Positions 1 to 10,721 of a DNA stretch of 64,000 bases are shown one piece after another. The translations under genes were made by a program, and so were the position numbers. Origin of the DNA: Marsupella aquatica (lineage: Eukaryota > Plantae > Marchantiophyta); the NCBI GenBank assembly GCA_973895155.1, contig OZ316896.1, positions 22,773,722-22,837,721 on the forward strand, written 5' to 3'. The stretch's first letter is position 1, and every line of letters begins with the position of its first letter. The notes beneath the pieces were generated by a model. It saw only the letters and a program-made list of their open reading frames with translations. It searched no databases and was not told the origin of the DNA.

Positions 1-2718
1 GCAGGATATGCTAAGAGTAATCATACAGAATCTGCAGTAAAGCTTTTCAATCAAATGCGCCAAGAAGGCGTGCAGCCTAATGAGATTACATATCTGAGCA
101 TCCTGAAAGGATGTTCCAGCCCATTATCTCTAACATACGGAAACGAAATTCATGAGCATATTCGACACGCCGGATTTGAATATGACGTGCGTGTAGGGAC
201 TGCCCTCGTACTGATGTACTCAAAATGTGGGTCCATCACCGAGGCAAGGAAAGTTTTTGAAAAGTTGACCAATCGAAATGTCATTACGTGGAATGTTATG
301 ATTCGAGCATACGCAGAACTTGGTCATGGTGTGGAAGCATACAGACTGTTTCTCCAAATGAGACGGGAAGGTTTACAACCAGATGCATTCACTTACGCGA
401 GCATCCTGAATGCATCTGCAAGTGAAGGGGCTTTGGAATGGGTGAAGGATGTTCATGGCCAGGCTAGCAAAGCTGGAGTGGATTCAGATTTGCGTGTAGG
501 CAATGCACTGGTTCACATGTATGCTGAGACTGGCAGTATAAATGACGCTCGACTGGTTTTTGACAGAATGGAGAAACGCGATGTAATCACGTGGAATGTA
601 ATGATAGGAGGACTTGCACAACATGGATGTGGTCATGAAGCGTATCGAGTGTTTCTTCAAATGAGACAGGAAGGCTTTGAACCAGATGCATTCACTTATG
701 CGAGTATTCTGAATGCATCTGCAAGTGCGGAGGCTTTGGAGTGGGTGAGGGAGGTTCATGGCCATGCTAGCAAAGCCGGACTGGAGTCGAATTTGCGTGT
801 GGGCAGTGCACTGGTTCACATGTATGCAAAGAGTGGCAGTATAGATGATGCCCGTCTGGTTTTCGACAGAATGGAGAAACGTGATGTTGTCACATGGAAT
901 ACCATGATTGGGGGACTTGCACAACATGGATCTGGGTATGAAGCATATCGAGTGTTTCTCCAAATGAGACGGGAAGGCTTTGAACCAAATGCATACACTT
1001 ATGCGAGCATTCTGAATGCATCTGCAAGTGAAGGGGCTTTGGAGTGGGGGAAGGAGGTTCATGGTCTTGCTAGCAAAGCCGGACTGGAGTCGGATTTGCA
1101 TGTGGGCATTGCACTCGTTCACATGTATGCAAAGAGTGGCAGTATAGATGATGCCCGACTGGTTTTCGGCAGAATGGAGAAACGCGATGTAGTCGCATGG
1201 AATGTAATGATTGGAGGACTTGCACAACATGGATGTGGGGATGAAGCATATCGCCTATTTCTCCAAATGAGACGGGAAGGATTTGAACCAAATGCATTCA
1301 CTTATGCGAGTATTCTGAATCCATCGGCAAGTGCGGGGGCTTTGGAGTGGGTCAAGGAAGTTCATGGCCACGCTAGCAAAGCCGGACTGGAGTTGGATTT
1401 GCGTGTGGGCAATGCACTCGTTCACATGTATGCAAAGAGTGGCAGTATAGATGATGCCCGACTGGTTTTCGACAGAATGGAGAAACGCGATGTAGTCACA
1501 TGGAATGTTATGATAGGACGACTTGCACAACATGGATGTGGGCATGAAGCATTTCGAGTGTTTCTCCAAATGAGACGGGAAGGCTTTGAACCAAATGCAT
1601 ACACTTATACGAGTCTTCTGAATCCATCTGCAAGTGCGGGGGCTTTGGAGTGGGTGAAGGAGGTTCATGGCCACGCTAGCAAAGCCGGACTGGAGTCGGA
1701 TTTGCGTGTGTGCAATGCACTGGTTCACATGTATGCAAAGAGTGGCAGTATAGTTGACGCCCAACAACTTTTTGACAGACTGGGGAAACGCGATGTAATC
1801 ACATGGAACATAATGATCGGTGGACTTGCACAACACGGACATGGGCATGAAGCCCTGGAGCTTTTCAGAAAAATGATTGCAGACCATGTGAAGCCCATCG
1901 AGACGTCGTTCATAGCTGTGTTGTCAGCCTGTTCTCATGGGGGCCTTGTTGATGATGGCCGTAGAATCTTTTCAGCTATGACGCAAGATTATGGTATGGA
2001 GCGTACTGTTATTCACTATAACCTCATGGTGGATATTCTTGGGCGGGCGGGACACTTGGAGGAAGCAAAGCAGTTCATCAGTGAGATGCCGATCGAACCA
2101 AATGATGTAACTTGGACAGCCTTGCTTGGGGCTTGTAGAACTTACGGTAACGTGGAGCTGGGCGAACTGGCCGCTAACGAGCTTCTCAAGTTGGAACCCG
2201 GTAGGGCCTCTACATATGTGCTGCTCTCCAATATCTATGCTGCAGCTGGGAAGTGGGAGAAGGTGTCATCTGTGCGCACTATGATGCAAGAGAGAGGTGT
2301 TCGGAAGGAGCCAGGGCGTAGCTGGATTGAAGTTAATAACAAGATCCATGAATTCGTTGTGGGGGATACATCTCACCCAGAAGCGGAGGCGATCTATACT
2401 GAGCTGAATAAATTGAGCGAAAAACTGAAGGCTGAAGGCTACATTCCGGATACCCAGCTTGTGTTGCATGATATCAATGAGGAGGATAAAGAGCTAGCAC
2501 TTTGCTCTCATAGTGAGAAGCTGGCTATTGTTTACGGACTTATGCACCTACCTTGGGGAGAACCAATTCGTGTAAGTAAGAACCTTCGGGTGTGTTCAGA
2601 TTGCCACTCAGCAACTAAGTATATCTCTAAGGTGACCGGACGCGAGATTATTGCGAGGGATGCAAATCGGTTCCACCATTTTAAAGATGGAATGTGTTCT
2701 TGTGGCGATTATTGGTGA
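1..2718 (+). CDS. PLS-class pentatricopeptide repeat protein with E and DYW deaminase domains (organellar C-to-U RNA editing factor); 5' end lies outside the window
   Basis: Frame is open from base 1. Repeated P-L-S triplets (VITWN../AFTYAS../LRVGNALVHMY..), PG box (KEPGRSWIEV), HSEKLA and CSDCH zinc ligands, C-terminal GDYW. Confidence 0.96.
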   Translation, partial: AGYAKSNHTESAVKLFNQMRQEGVQPNEITYLSILKGCSSPLSLTYGNEIHEHIRHAGFEYDVRVGTALVLMYSKCGSITEARKVFEKLTNRNVITWNVMIRAYAELGHGVEAYRLFLQMRREGLQPDAFTYASILNASASEGALEWVKDVHGQASKAGVDSDLRVGNALVHMYAETGSINDARLVFDRMEKRDVITWNVMIGGLAQHGCGHEAYRVFLQMRQEGFEPDAFTYASILNASASAEALEWVREVHGHASKAGLESNLRVGSALVHMYAKSGSIDDARLVFDRMEKRDVVTWNTMIGGLAQHGSGYEAYRVFLQMRREGFEPNAYTYASILNASASEGALEWGKEVHGLASKAGLESDLHVGIALVHMYAKSGSIDDARLVFGRMEKRDVVAWNVMIGGLAQHGCGDEAYRLFLQMRREGFEPNAFTYASILNPSASAGALEWVKEVHGHASKAGLELDLRVGNALVHMYAKSGSIDDARLVFDRMEKRDVVTWNVMIGRLAQHGCGHEAFRVFLQMRREGFEPNAYTYTSLLNPSASAGALEWVKEVHGHASKAGLESDLRVCNALVHMYAKSGSIVDAQQLFDRLGKRDVITWNIMIGGLAQHGHGHEALELFRKMIADHVKPIETSFIAVLSACSHGGLVDDGRRIFSAMTQDYGMERTVIHYNLMVDILGRAGHLEEAKQFISEMPIEPNDVTWTALLGACRTYGNVELGELAANELLKLEPGRASTYVLLSNIYAAAGKWEKVSSVRTMMQERGVRKEPGRSWIEVNNKIHEFVVGDTSHPEAEAIYTELNKLSEKLKAEGYIPDTQLVLHDINEEDKELALCSHSEKLAIVYGLMHLPWGEPIRVSKNLRVCSDCHSATKYISKVTGREIIARDANRFHHFKDGMCSCGDYW

Positions 2719-3688
2719 ACCCAGATTGAAAGCTGTGTTGGCTGGCTGGAGAGTGACTCCAAAGCAGGACTCTCTGGCAGCGCAGATACAATCAGGTTTT
2801 CGTTGTTGCAACTTTGTAATATTAATTTTGAGATTCTGCTACTTGGGATTGTAACTAGCCCTCTTCTGGCTGGAAGACCCTTTCATGTAAGAGAAATGTT
2901 ACGCGAGTTAGATTTGATTGTCGAAATCATTGATTACATCAAGCTATTGGCTTGATGTTTAGAAAATTCTTTTGATATCTTCTGCAAATATTGTTTTTAG
3001 ATTAGGGGAAGGTTTGCTTACAGAGCTGCCTTGCCGTGGACATGGTACTGGAAGGGAACTCACTTTGCAGACAGGAGACGGTAAAAAATCAAGGGCATAA
3101 GGATAAAACTCGCCGATGGCAACCTCCACCAGCAGAAAACTCTTAAGCAATTAGTTTCAGAGGTCATTGTGCTGCAGTGGAAGCGTTTGGTTCTCAGACT
3201 CATGGATGTATCCAGATCTTATCAGCTTGATGGTGTAGATTGGAGATTAGACAATTCAATTCTGGTAACGGTGGCCATGTTCTCCTGCTTCAAAACGAGT
3301 TGACATTTTGATGAAGGATATGAAGTTCCATCTGGAACTCGACTGTTCCAAGCTTCTCAGATTCGCAAGATAAGGTCGTGAAACGTGCTTAAAAGCTTGT
3401 TAACTACTCCGAGTTTAGGGAAGGCGTAAGTTCAGCATGAAAGAATTCTCAAATTACGCGAGAGTGCGAATAGTTCACTGTACACTGCTATCCTGAAGGA
3501 TTATCGGACAAGGCAGGAAAGTGGATTGTATTTGCAGTAGAAATTTGCTACGTTGATGGCATGATTGAAGTCCGAAACTCAGAGACAGTGCACGTGCAGG
3601 TAGAAGGAAGCACAGCTCTCCACGGAAAATGGATTAGCATGTCTGTCTGTCTCTTAGAAGGTCTTGAGAAAGATTACTCCGTTATCTC

Positions 3689-3870
3689 TTGTTTTTGGTT
3701 TGAATTTACTTGAGTGAGATGTTCAAGACGTCTGGTGGAAGGGCACTAGTCTTCCTTTGAGATTCTGGTGGAAGGATTGTTTTTGGTTTGAATTTGCTTG
3801 GGTGAGATGTTGAAGACGTTTGGTGGAAGGACCCCATCCTTCCTTTAAGCTTCTAGTGGAAGGATACCAT
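3689..3870. repeat. Degenerate ~88-bp tandem duplication
   Basis: ttgtttttggtttgaattt..gtgagatgtt..aagacgt..ggtggaagg occurs at about 3689 and 3777. Confidence 0.6.
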
Positions 3871-4798
3871 TCTTTCTTTGAACTAACCTAGCAACATTCA
3901 GGCAGCAATCAATCACGAAAAAAAAATTTGTGCATGTTCTTGACAATGGAATGCCAATTTGACAGTCCTTTCCCTCCATCCTCGGCAGTCAAAACTCAAC
4001 CGACGAAGTATTGTATGATGGAAGCAAACAAGATTTTTTGCTAGCGAGAGTGGAAATGGCTAGCAAGGCAAAACCTTATTGCAGCTGCAAATCCACTGGA
4101 ATGGTCTGAGCCACTTATCATCTATTTGAGGTGAAACCTCCACTGTTGCTTCAAACTCAGGTCCTTGTTTGATGCTGTTGTTGTCAGCTTCTTGACTGAT
4201 CAAGCCGACCTAGCCTTCTTTGGTGGCCCAGAGGCCTTAGCACTACCTCCTCCCTTGCCTTTCATTGCTTCGCGAGATAATTCTCCTCCAAGAACGACCT
4301 CGTCTGTCCAAGCTACAGGAGTCCCTGATAGCTTCCAATGCGTATTGGTACCTGTAGATGCTCTCCCTTATGCTTACTACACTAGCCTCACACAGTAACA
4401 GCTGGTCGAGCTTGTTCCCAGTGGGAGTCCAGAGGAATGGATCCTAGATCAACTTGCCCCCAAGAAAACTTGTCTGCTGCAATTGCCACAGTGGATACAA
4501 TTCATGCCTCTTTCTTTCAGCTCACTCTGGCTCTGCCTCTGCATAAGTTGCCACAAAGTTATTAGCCTCTTCGAAAAGGGGTCCCTCTTATGCCACACAG
4601 TTACTAGCCTCTTCAAAACTTTGTGCTATAACCAATTGGCTTAGGTCAATTGGCTAGGGAATTTGCCAACTTAGAGGTCCCATGTTCAATCCCTCCTCCG
4701 CACACTGGGGTGTGGAAGGGTATATGTGTGTGGGTGGGATGGGTCTTGTGGGTAGTGGATTGGAGTTTTGATTATCTGCTCAGCCCCTGGTTGTCCAC

Positions 4799-6261
4799 AG
4801 TCGCGGAACTCGACTACCTTACTTAGCTCCGGCGTCGCTGACTCTGACGTCGAGCTCCCTTATGGCCATCCGGGGAGGACTTAGCATGGGGAGACTTGTG
4901 GGCAATGAGACGTGGCACTAGCGAGGCAAGGAGCCAAGCTAGGGACACACACTAAGGACTTGGACTAGCTGATAGCTGGTCGGGTCAAGGGGAAATGGGT
5001 CGGGCTCAAGGATGGCCATCCGGACCTCCGGATGGACTTTGAGTGCTGAGGGCTTGAGTGTGAGCTCCTCTTGGGCCCAAGGCCAATGGAGTTGACGCCA
5101 TGGGCAACGGACGCTTGGGGCGCAAGTTATGACCCGATCCGGGTTGGGCTGGTCGGGGGCCCCGAGTGGCAATGAGACCTGAGGGCCTAGGCATGAGCAC
5201 TGGGTCGGCCCGATCACAACGGGCTAAGGCACTCCGCTTGCGGATGCCTAACGAGAGAATTATGGGCGTTGTCAATTGGTGGCGCGCCCATTATGCGCGA
5301 TAGGATCCGGGTTGGGGCCAAATATTTAGGGACCAAAGCTGGTCCAGAGGTGGCAGGTCTCCATAAGCATATATGAGGGGAGTGGTGTCTCCCTGGGGGC
5401 CAAGGGCGAGCCGAAGTCATGAGCCGTGGCGATCACGACACTAAGGGAAACCGCCAAATGGAAACGACAATATCTTCCCAACGGGAAGTCCGTTGGAGGA
5501 CTTGTTGGGTGCGTTGGAAAGCTCTTGAGGAGGGCTATGGGTCAGAGCTCAGATGGGTCTGGGGGCATTTTGGGTTCTCGGGGTTTGCGGGTGTTGACTC
5601 GCCTGCTTGCCAAATCCTGCCGAACAGTAGCCAAGCCGCATTCAGTCTCCCAAGGGAGCTTGCGTTGGGGAGGCAAGGCCAAGTAGGTGTGGAGGTTGAG
5701 TCCCAAGAGGGTTCGGCCCCTAGACCATCGGGTGAGGTGAACCGGGAGTTGGTTGCTAGAGTTGGGGCCATTCTGGTCCCGACGTGCTGGGACAAGCTTT
5801 AGGACAAGCTACGCTATTTGGGCCATGAGCATGTCCTGGGGTTAGGGCGGTCAGTTGGTGATGGTTAGGTACGAGGGGGAACCCGGGCCGCGCCCAAGGA
5901 AGGAGCTGTTATGGACGAACAGTGGGCGTGGGTTCTGGTTCCGGCTTATGGCATCGGGAGGACCTATCGTTGACCTATTTACCAACGTCTGTTGAGCTTG
6001 AGTTAGGATTCTAGACTTGGCGAGTTCTAGATCCTGAGGGGTTACTTACCGAGGTGCTTGGTTGCTTGTGCAGACAGTGAGGACCGTTGAGTAGCGGTCG
6101 TGTAGGTGAGCAAGTGTGGCTTCGTATGGGAGGGGCCACTGGCGGTGCAAGGGGCACTAGGGTGCTTGCTCGAGGTATTCCGTGAAGGCATTCGGGCACC
6201 AGGATCACTTAGGCGCGAGTGCTGGGATTGGTGAGGGCGCTGGGTGGCAAGGTCCACCACT
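4799..6261. mobile_element. 1463-bp GC-rich insertion with AGT...ACT termini and 5-bp TSD (solo-LTR-like)
   Basis: TCCAC is duplicated at 4794-4798 and 6262-6266. Ends agtcgcggaact / aggtccaccact are imperfect inverted repeats. The empty site gtccactttgtgg is present in the SINE copy at ~50105. Confidence 0.8.
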
Positions 6262-6286
6262 TCCACTTTGTGGCCCTGATTTAATC

Positions 6287-6592
6287 CTCGGGGTCCTCAC
6301 TTCTTTTCTTCCGACCCATCACGCGCGAATATGTATAGGGTTTTTTATTGGGTTTAGTGAAATACTTTTAAATTTTTGTTGAAGAACATTAGGGTTATTT
6401 TAATCCAATTTTGAGAATTATAAAAATCATAGGGTTTTTTAAAATCAAACATGGGAATATTCTTGGAATATTCCATTAAGTTAGGGGTAAAAATATTCAT
6501 TAAAAAAACTTTCTTGACTTAACTTTTAGGGTGTTTATTCCCCCAAAACTTCGATCGTGATATGGGACACCCCTTGGATTGAGGCCCCTGAG
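6287..6592. mobile_element. 306-bp MITE with 8-bp TSD (hAT-like TSD length)
   Basis: TSD ATTTAATC at 6279-6286 and 6593-6600. 13-bp TIRs ctcggggtcctca / tgaggcccctgag with 2 mismatches. AT-rich interior; absent from the other SINE copy. Confidence 0.82.
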
Positions 6593-9123
6593 ATTTAATC
6601 CTCTCTCCTTCCTGGTGTGGGTCCTTGTCGTATCCGTTGGGGCTCACCGGCTCACCCTGGTCTGGGTTCCCTATAGAAAAAGTGTCACATTGGGGTGGGG
6701 GGAGTCTAATTGTATTTACTCCCCATTTCCTTTCAAGACAAAAACTTTATGCAATGGATAGGATAATGATGGTCTCGGCAAAGAGTTACTCGGCTGTAAT
6801 CCTGTGACCAGAAAGTGAAGAAAAGTTGATCTCCGATAGGCGGGAAGCTTTTCAGAGCATTCTGGGATCGAGCAGGTTTCAAAATACAACCCCAGTCAAG
6901 ACTGTTGTTGTAGTAATTACATACATTCAATACTGACTAGAGTTAACAATCATGACTTTCTGGGCAGCTAGTAGATTATGGAAATATCAGGGACCTCTAG
7001 AAATGGTTACACAGTGGTAACCTTTGTTACTTTGCTCATCCTGGTTTCAGCTAAGCCCAAAGAATGTGTGAACCCCCTTTACTTCACTCGTTAGTATTGA
7101 CAATTAAACACCTGAGCTGAGCCCTCACAATGAATGGTAAACAGAAATAAACAAATGACTAGTAAAAAGCTAGAAAGGAATTGCCCTATTCACACCACAC
7201 ATTAGCTCAGCCCCAAATCCATTGTACTCTACCTCATGACCCACTTTTACACTCCTTTCATTATAGCCCTATAGTAAATATACTGATGACTACTTACCAT
7301 TTATACTTTGTACCCCCACTCCCTCCTTAAAGTGGTTCCAGCAATATGTAACCTGGTCATGACCTGCACTTTCTCATATTGGGCCCGTAAGAAATGCCAA
7401 AAGCTTCATAGAAGACAAATAACAAGAGCTTGCATTTCATAACTTCTGCTTTTGTTAAATGAGAAAATGATGATTGTTGCCAGTGAATGTTTTTGCATTG
7501 CACCTCGACACCGTTATGGGATCTATCAGGGAAAATGTCACAACTCTTTCCTCTCATCATATAGACGTCAATCACAAACTCAAACTGATCAGCATGTCTT
7601 GATCTATCCGATGAGCCACATCAAGTCCCATTCCTCCACAAGCGCTGACAGTGATGAAAATAGAAATCGTGAGGCAAAAGCTAAAACTTGATTGCTTGCC
7701 AGAAAACTCTTCATAATTGTTTTTGCTCAATGAGGCACACTTGGTCTACAAACATAAGTTAATGGTTTACTGAAATAATTAATTCCCCACAATCTGCACG
7801 ATGAACTATGGCACACCTCACTACACTCTCTCCATTGCACACAAAATCAAAATTTGAAATCTCTTTTCTCCTAAAGAAAACTGTTGAAAAGTCTATCTTC
7901 TCAGCTTCCACCAATAACTTCAAAACTACCAATCTTGGATTCCTACTCCTGTAAACTCTGACTAATGAATTATAATTATAGCTAAAACGCCTAAATCAAT
8001 CTATCTGTTAAGTTCATAACATTTGAGTTCAATGCAATAGAACTCCTGGACCAGAAATTTTTTTAAACAATGTTTCCTGAAAACAATTGTCACACAAACC
8101 GTCACCTTGTAGACACACTCTGATATTAACTGCTGAGTAAAAGACCGCTATCAAGATAACATGCAAATATACAACATCTAATGAACACACATGCAAGTAG
8201 TTGACACAATAGATATTGTAACACTTGACCCTGACTAGGGATCTAGGTACACACCTCTTCCCACAGGTAGCCCTTGTCGCCTGCTTCACAATGCACCTAC
8301 TAGTTCCTTGAGGTCGATCACTCGCGGATCTCAAGCAATAGTCCATCACCCATGGACAGTAACAAAGACACCGTTGATGAGCCATGGAAATGGTTTGTCT
8401 AGACCACCTTCCCAGTGGTGCAACTCACGTCAGAAGCCGATCAAACTCCCCTATGCTTGACTTGAAGTTTAGGCTTTAGGGTTTAGGGTGCATGAGCGCT
8501 CGTGTGCTACTTTCCGTCCCCTTGGCTGAGCCCTTGTTGGGAGTAGCAGTAAAATTCAACTGACTGCGGTTGACTAATGGCTTGTCAGAGTCGTCGGACC
8601 ATATGTTTCCTTGTGTGTCCAATATGCTGACTTGTGTTGAATTCACTTGTCTAGGCTATGATGAACAAACAAGAGTGAATGTAGTACTTCTCACTAGTAA
8701 AATCATGGAGACTGTGTATTTAGCATCCACACTAGTTAGACTAAAACAAGTGGCAATTGTATTAAATAAATCTTCTCACTTAGTCTACAATCCTGCCTTT
8801 TTCACTATTGGTCTGCTTGCAAAATGCACTTTTGGAGGAAACTCATTATGACCCTTGGATTTAAACTAAGTTTAAATTTTCCTGTCCTTGCGATCTGGTG
8901 AAAGGAAGAATAATGAGGATGTCCTAGCTTGGGGCACTCATGCATTTCCACCCACTCCTAAACTCATGCACCAACATCCATAAAAAGATTGTAATCTCAA
9001 GGTCATTGGAGCTTGAGTGTGAGTTATCCCGCCTAAATGCTTCAATGCAATTAATTTACAAAAGTGGAAAATGAGTGAACAAACCAGTACCATCAGATAT
9101 AGTTCAATGATTTTGATACCCTT

Positions 9124-9560
9124 GACATTTTTTCTCAGCCAAACATTTTTTACTCACCTCAACATCATTTTCTCTCCTTCACATCTTTTTCTCTCCTTCA
9201 CATTTTTTACTCACCTTAACATCATTTTCTCTCCTTCACATCTTTTTCTCTTCTAGGATATCTTTTACTCACCTCAATATCATTTCTCATCTCAACATCT
9301 TAGTTTCTCTTTGACATTTTTTCTCTCCTCAACATCTTTTACTCACCTCAACATCATTTTCCCACCTTTACATCATTTTCTCACCTTGACATCTTTTGTC
9401 TCATTGATATCTTTTTTCATCTCCATATCTTTTGCTCATCTCATATTTCTCTCTCTCTTCAACATTATTTCTACACCTTGACATTTTTTTCTCATCTCAA
9501 CATGTTCTCCGCAAAGGATTTCTTTTCACCTTGACATCTTTTTCTCACCTAACATCTTCG
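9124..9560. repeat. Pyrimidine-rich low-complexity tandem array (acatc-tttt-tctc units)
   Basis: Many imperfect copies of acattttttactcacctcaacatcattttctctcc. Confidence 0.75.
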
Positions 9561-10721
9561 CTGCAAAGGGCATGGGGCTAGTCTCATCATAAAAAATCAT
9601 GGGGTTTCTTAACATTCCCCTATAGAACATGGCAACCTTGGTTATTCTCGCCAAAAGGTGTAATTGGCTTTTGAGCAGCCACCCCCTTAATTAATGGAAA
9701 CCCGGCCAACGCCAAGTCCTTCGAAGGACATGTTTGTTTCCTCGAGCACATTACAGGAATCCAATGTTGGCACAAACGCTCTTTCCCTTCGATCACGCAC
9801 GAGTGTTTGGAGATGGCAGCCAGCTTGCCTCCTCTGAAGATTGAAAGCTAACATCATAGCTGTTGAGACATCTCTCATCAGACCTTCCTTCAGCTATTGC
9901 CTCGCCAGGTGGGTCGTCTCTCTCTGTGTGCCTCTGTCTGCCTTTCGGAAGTTCAGATTCCCAAAATCAATGATGGCGCAACAGGAGACTGGATCGAGAG
10001 AAATAGACATTTATTGACTCTCTCGTGTACAGTTGGATGGGGTTGTGGATGGTGTCACTCTCTCTCACTCTGGAGTTTAGGTTCCCCAAATCAATGTTGC
10101 TGCCAAAGGAGACTGGATCTAAAGACGATCATTCATTCTCTCTGTGTTCTGTTTGATGGGTATCGGATCTTCGTGCCCTGAATCACTGAGAACCCTAAAT
10201 ACACTCCAGCTCATTAGATGGGCCTTGAAATGTGGATTTGGCTACAATGAAGCTCCGATTCTCGTGCTGTGTTTTGGGGCATTCACATCTTCTTTATTGT
10301 AACTCCAGATTTTGTGTTCACAACTCATTGTGAGCTGGGTTTATGTTCTCATGACCGTGTCTGCGAGTGTATGCTTGATAGACAGGTTTGATTGACGTCT
10401 TCTTCACTCGTCTGCTCTTCCTTGCTGAGAGCTTTGTTGGTCTCGGTCCATTCGTTCGTCTGGGGATTTCTATCTTCCTAGTTAGGCGCCTTTTGGATGA
10501 TCTCAATTGGCTCTGGATTAGGGTGCCCTCGGGGTTTTGACGTGTTTTAGGACGTCTGCAGCGTTGTAGGGTTTTTGGTTTGATGATTGGAGAATTCTGC
10601 TGTGGTGAAGGTTTTGGCGGTGTCAAGGGCTTAAGCTATGTTTATGATGTTTTGATGGGTTGAAGATTTCAGGTGAAGGAATTTCCGAGTAAGAAAGAAT
10701 CTCGAGAAGGTGACTGACGTG

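Larger units (their letters stand above)
4628..6740 (+). mobile_element. tRNA-derived SINE (~320 bp when reconstructed) interrupted by two nested insertions
   Basis: A-box-like TAGGTCAATTGG (~4642) and B-box-like GTTCAATCC (~4684). Body matches the copy at 50025-50275. Short A tail. Flanking near-TSD aaaactttgtgc (4615) / aaaactttatgc (6741). Confidence 0.8.

Noticed and set aside
484-2469. Repeated antisense ORFs over the PPR gene
   Set aside because: They are shadows of the periodic sense-strand coding sequence.
4939-6382. Several 65-127 aa ORFs in the GC-rich insertion
   Set aside because: No recognisable motifs; expected by chance at this GC content.
7200-8400. Possible decayed coding remnant (GMGLD-like string on the minus strand)
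   Set aside because: One short motif among stops is not enough to assign.
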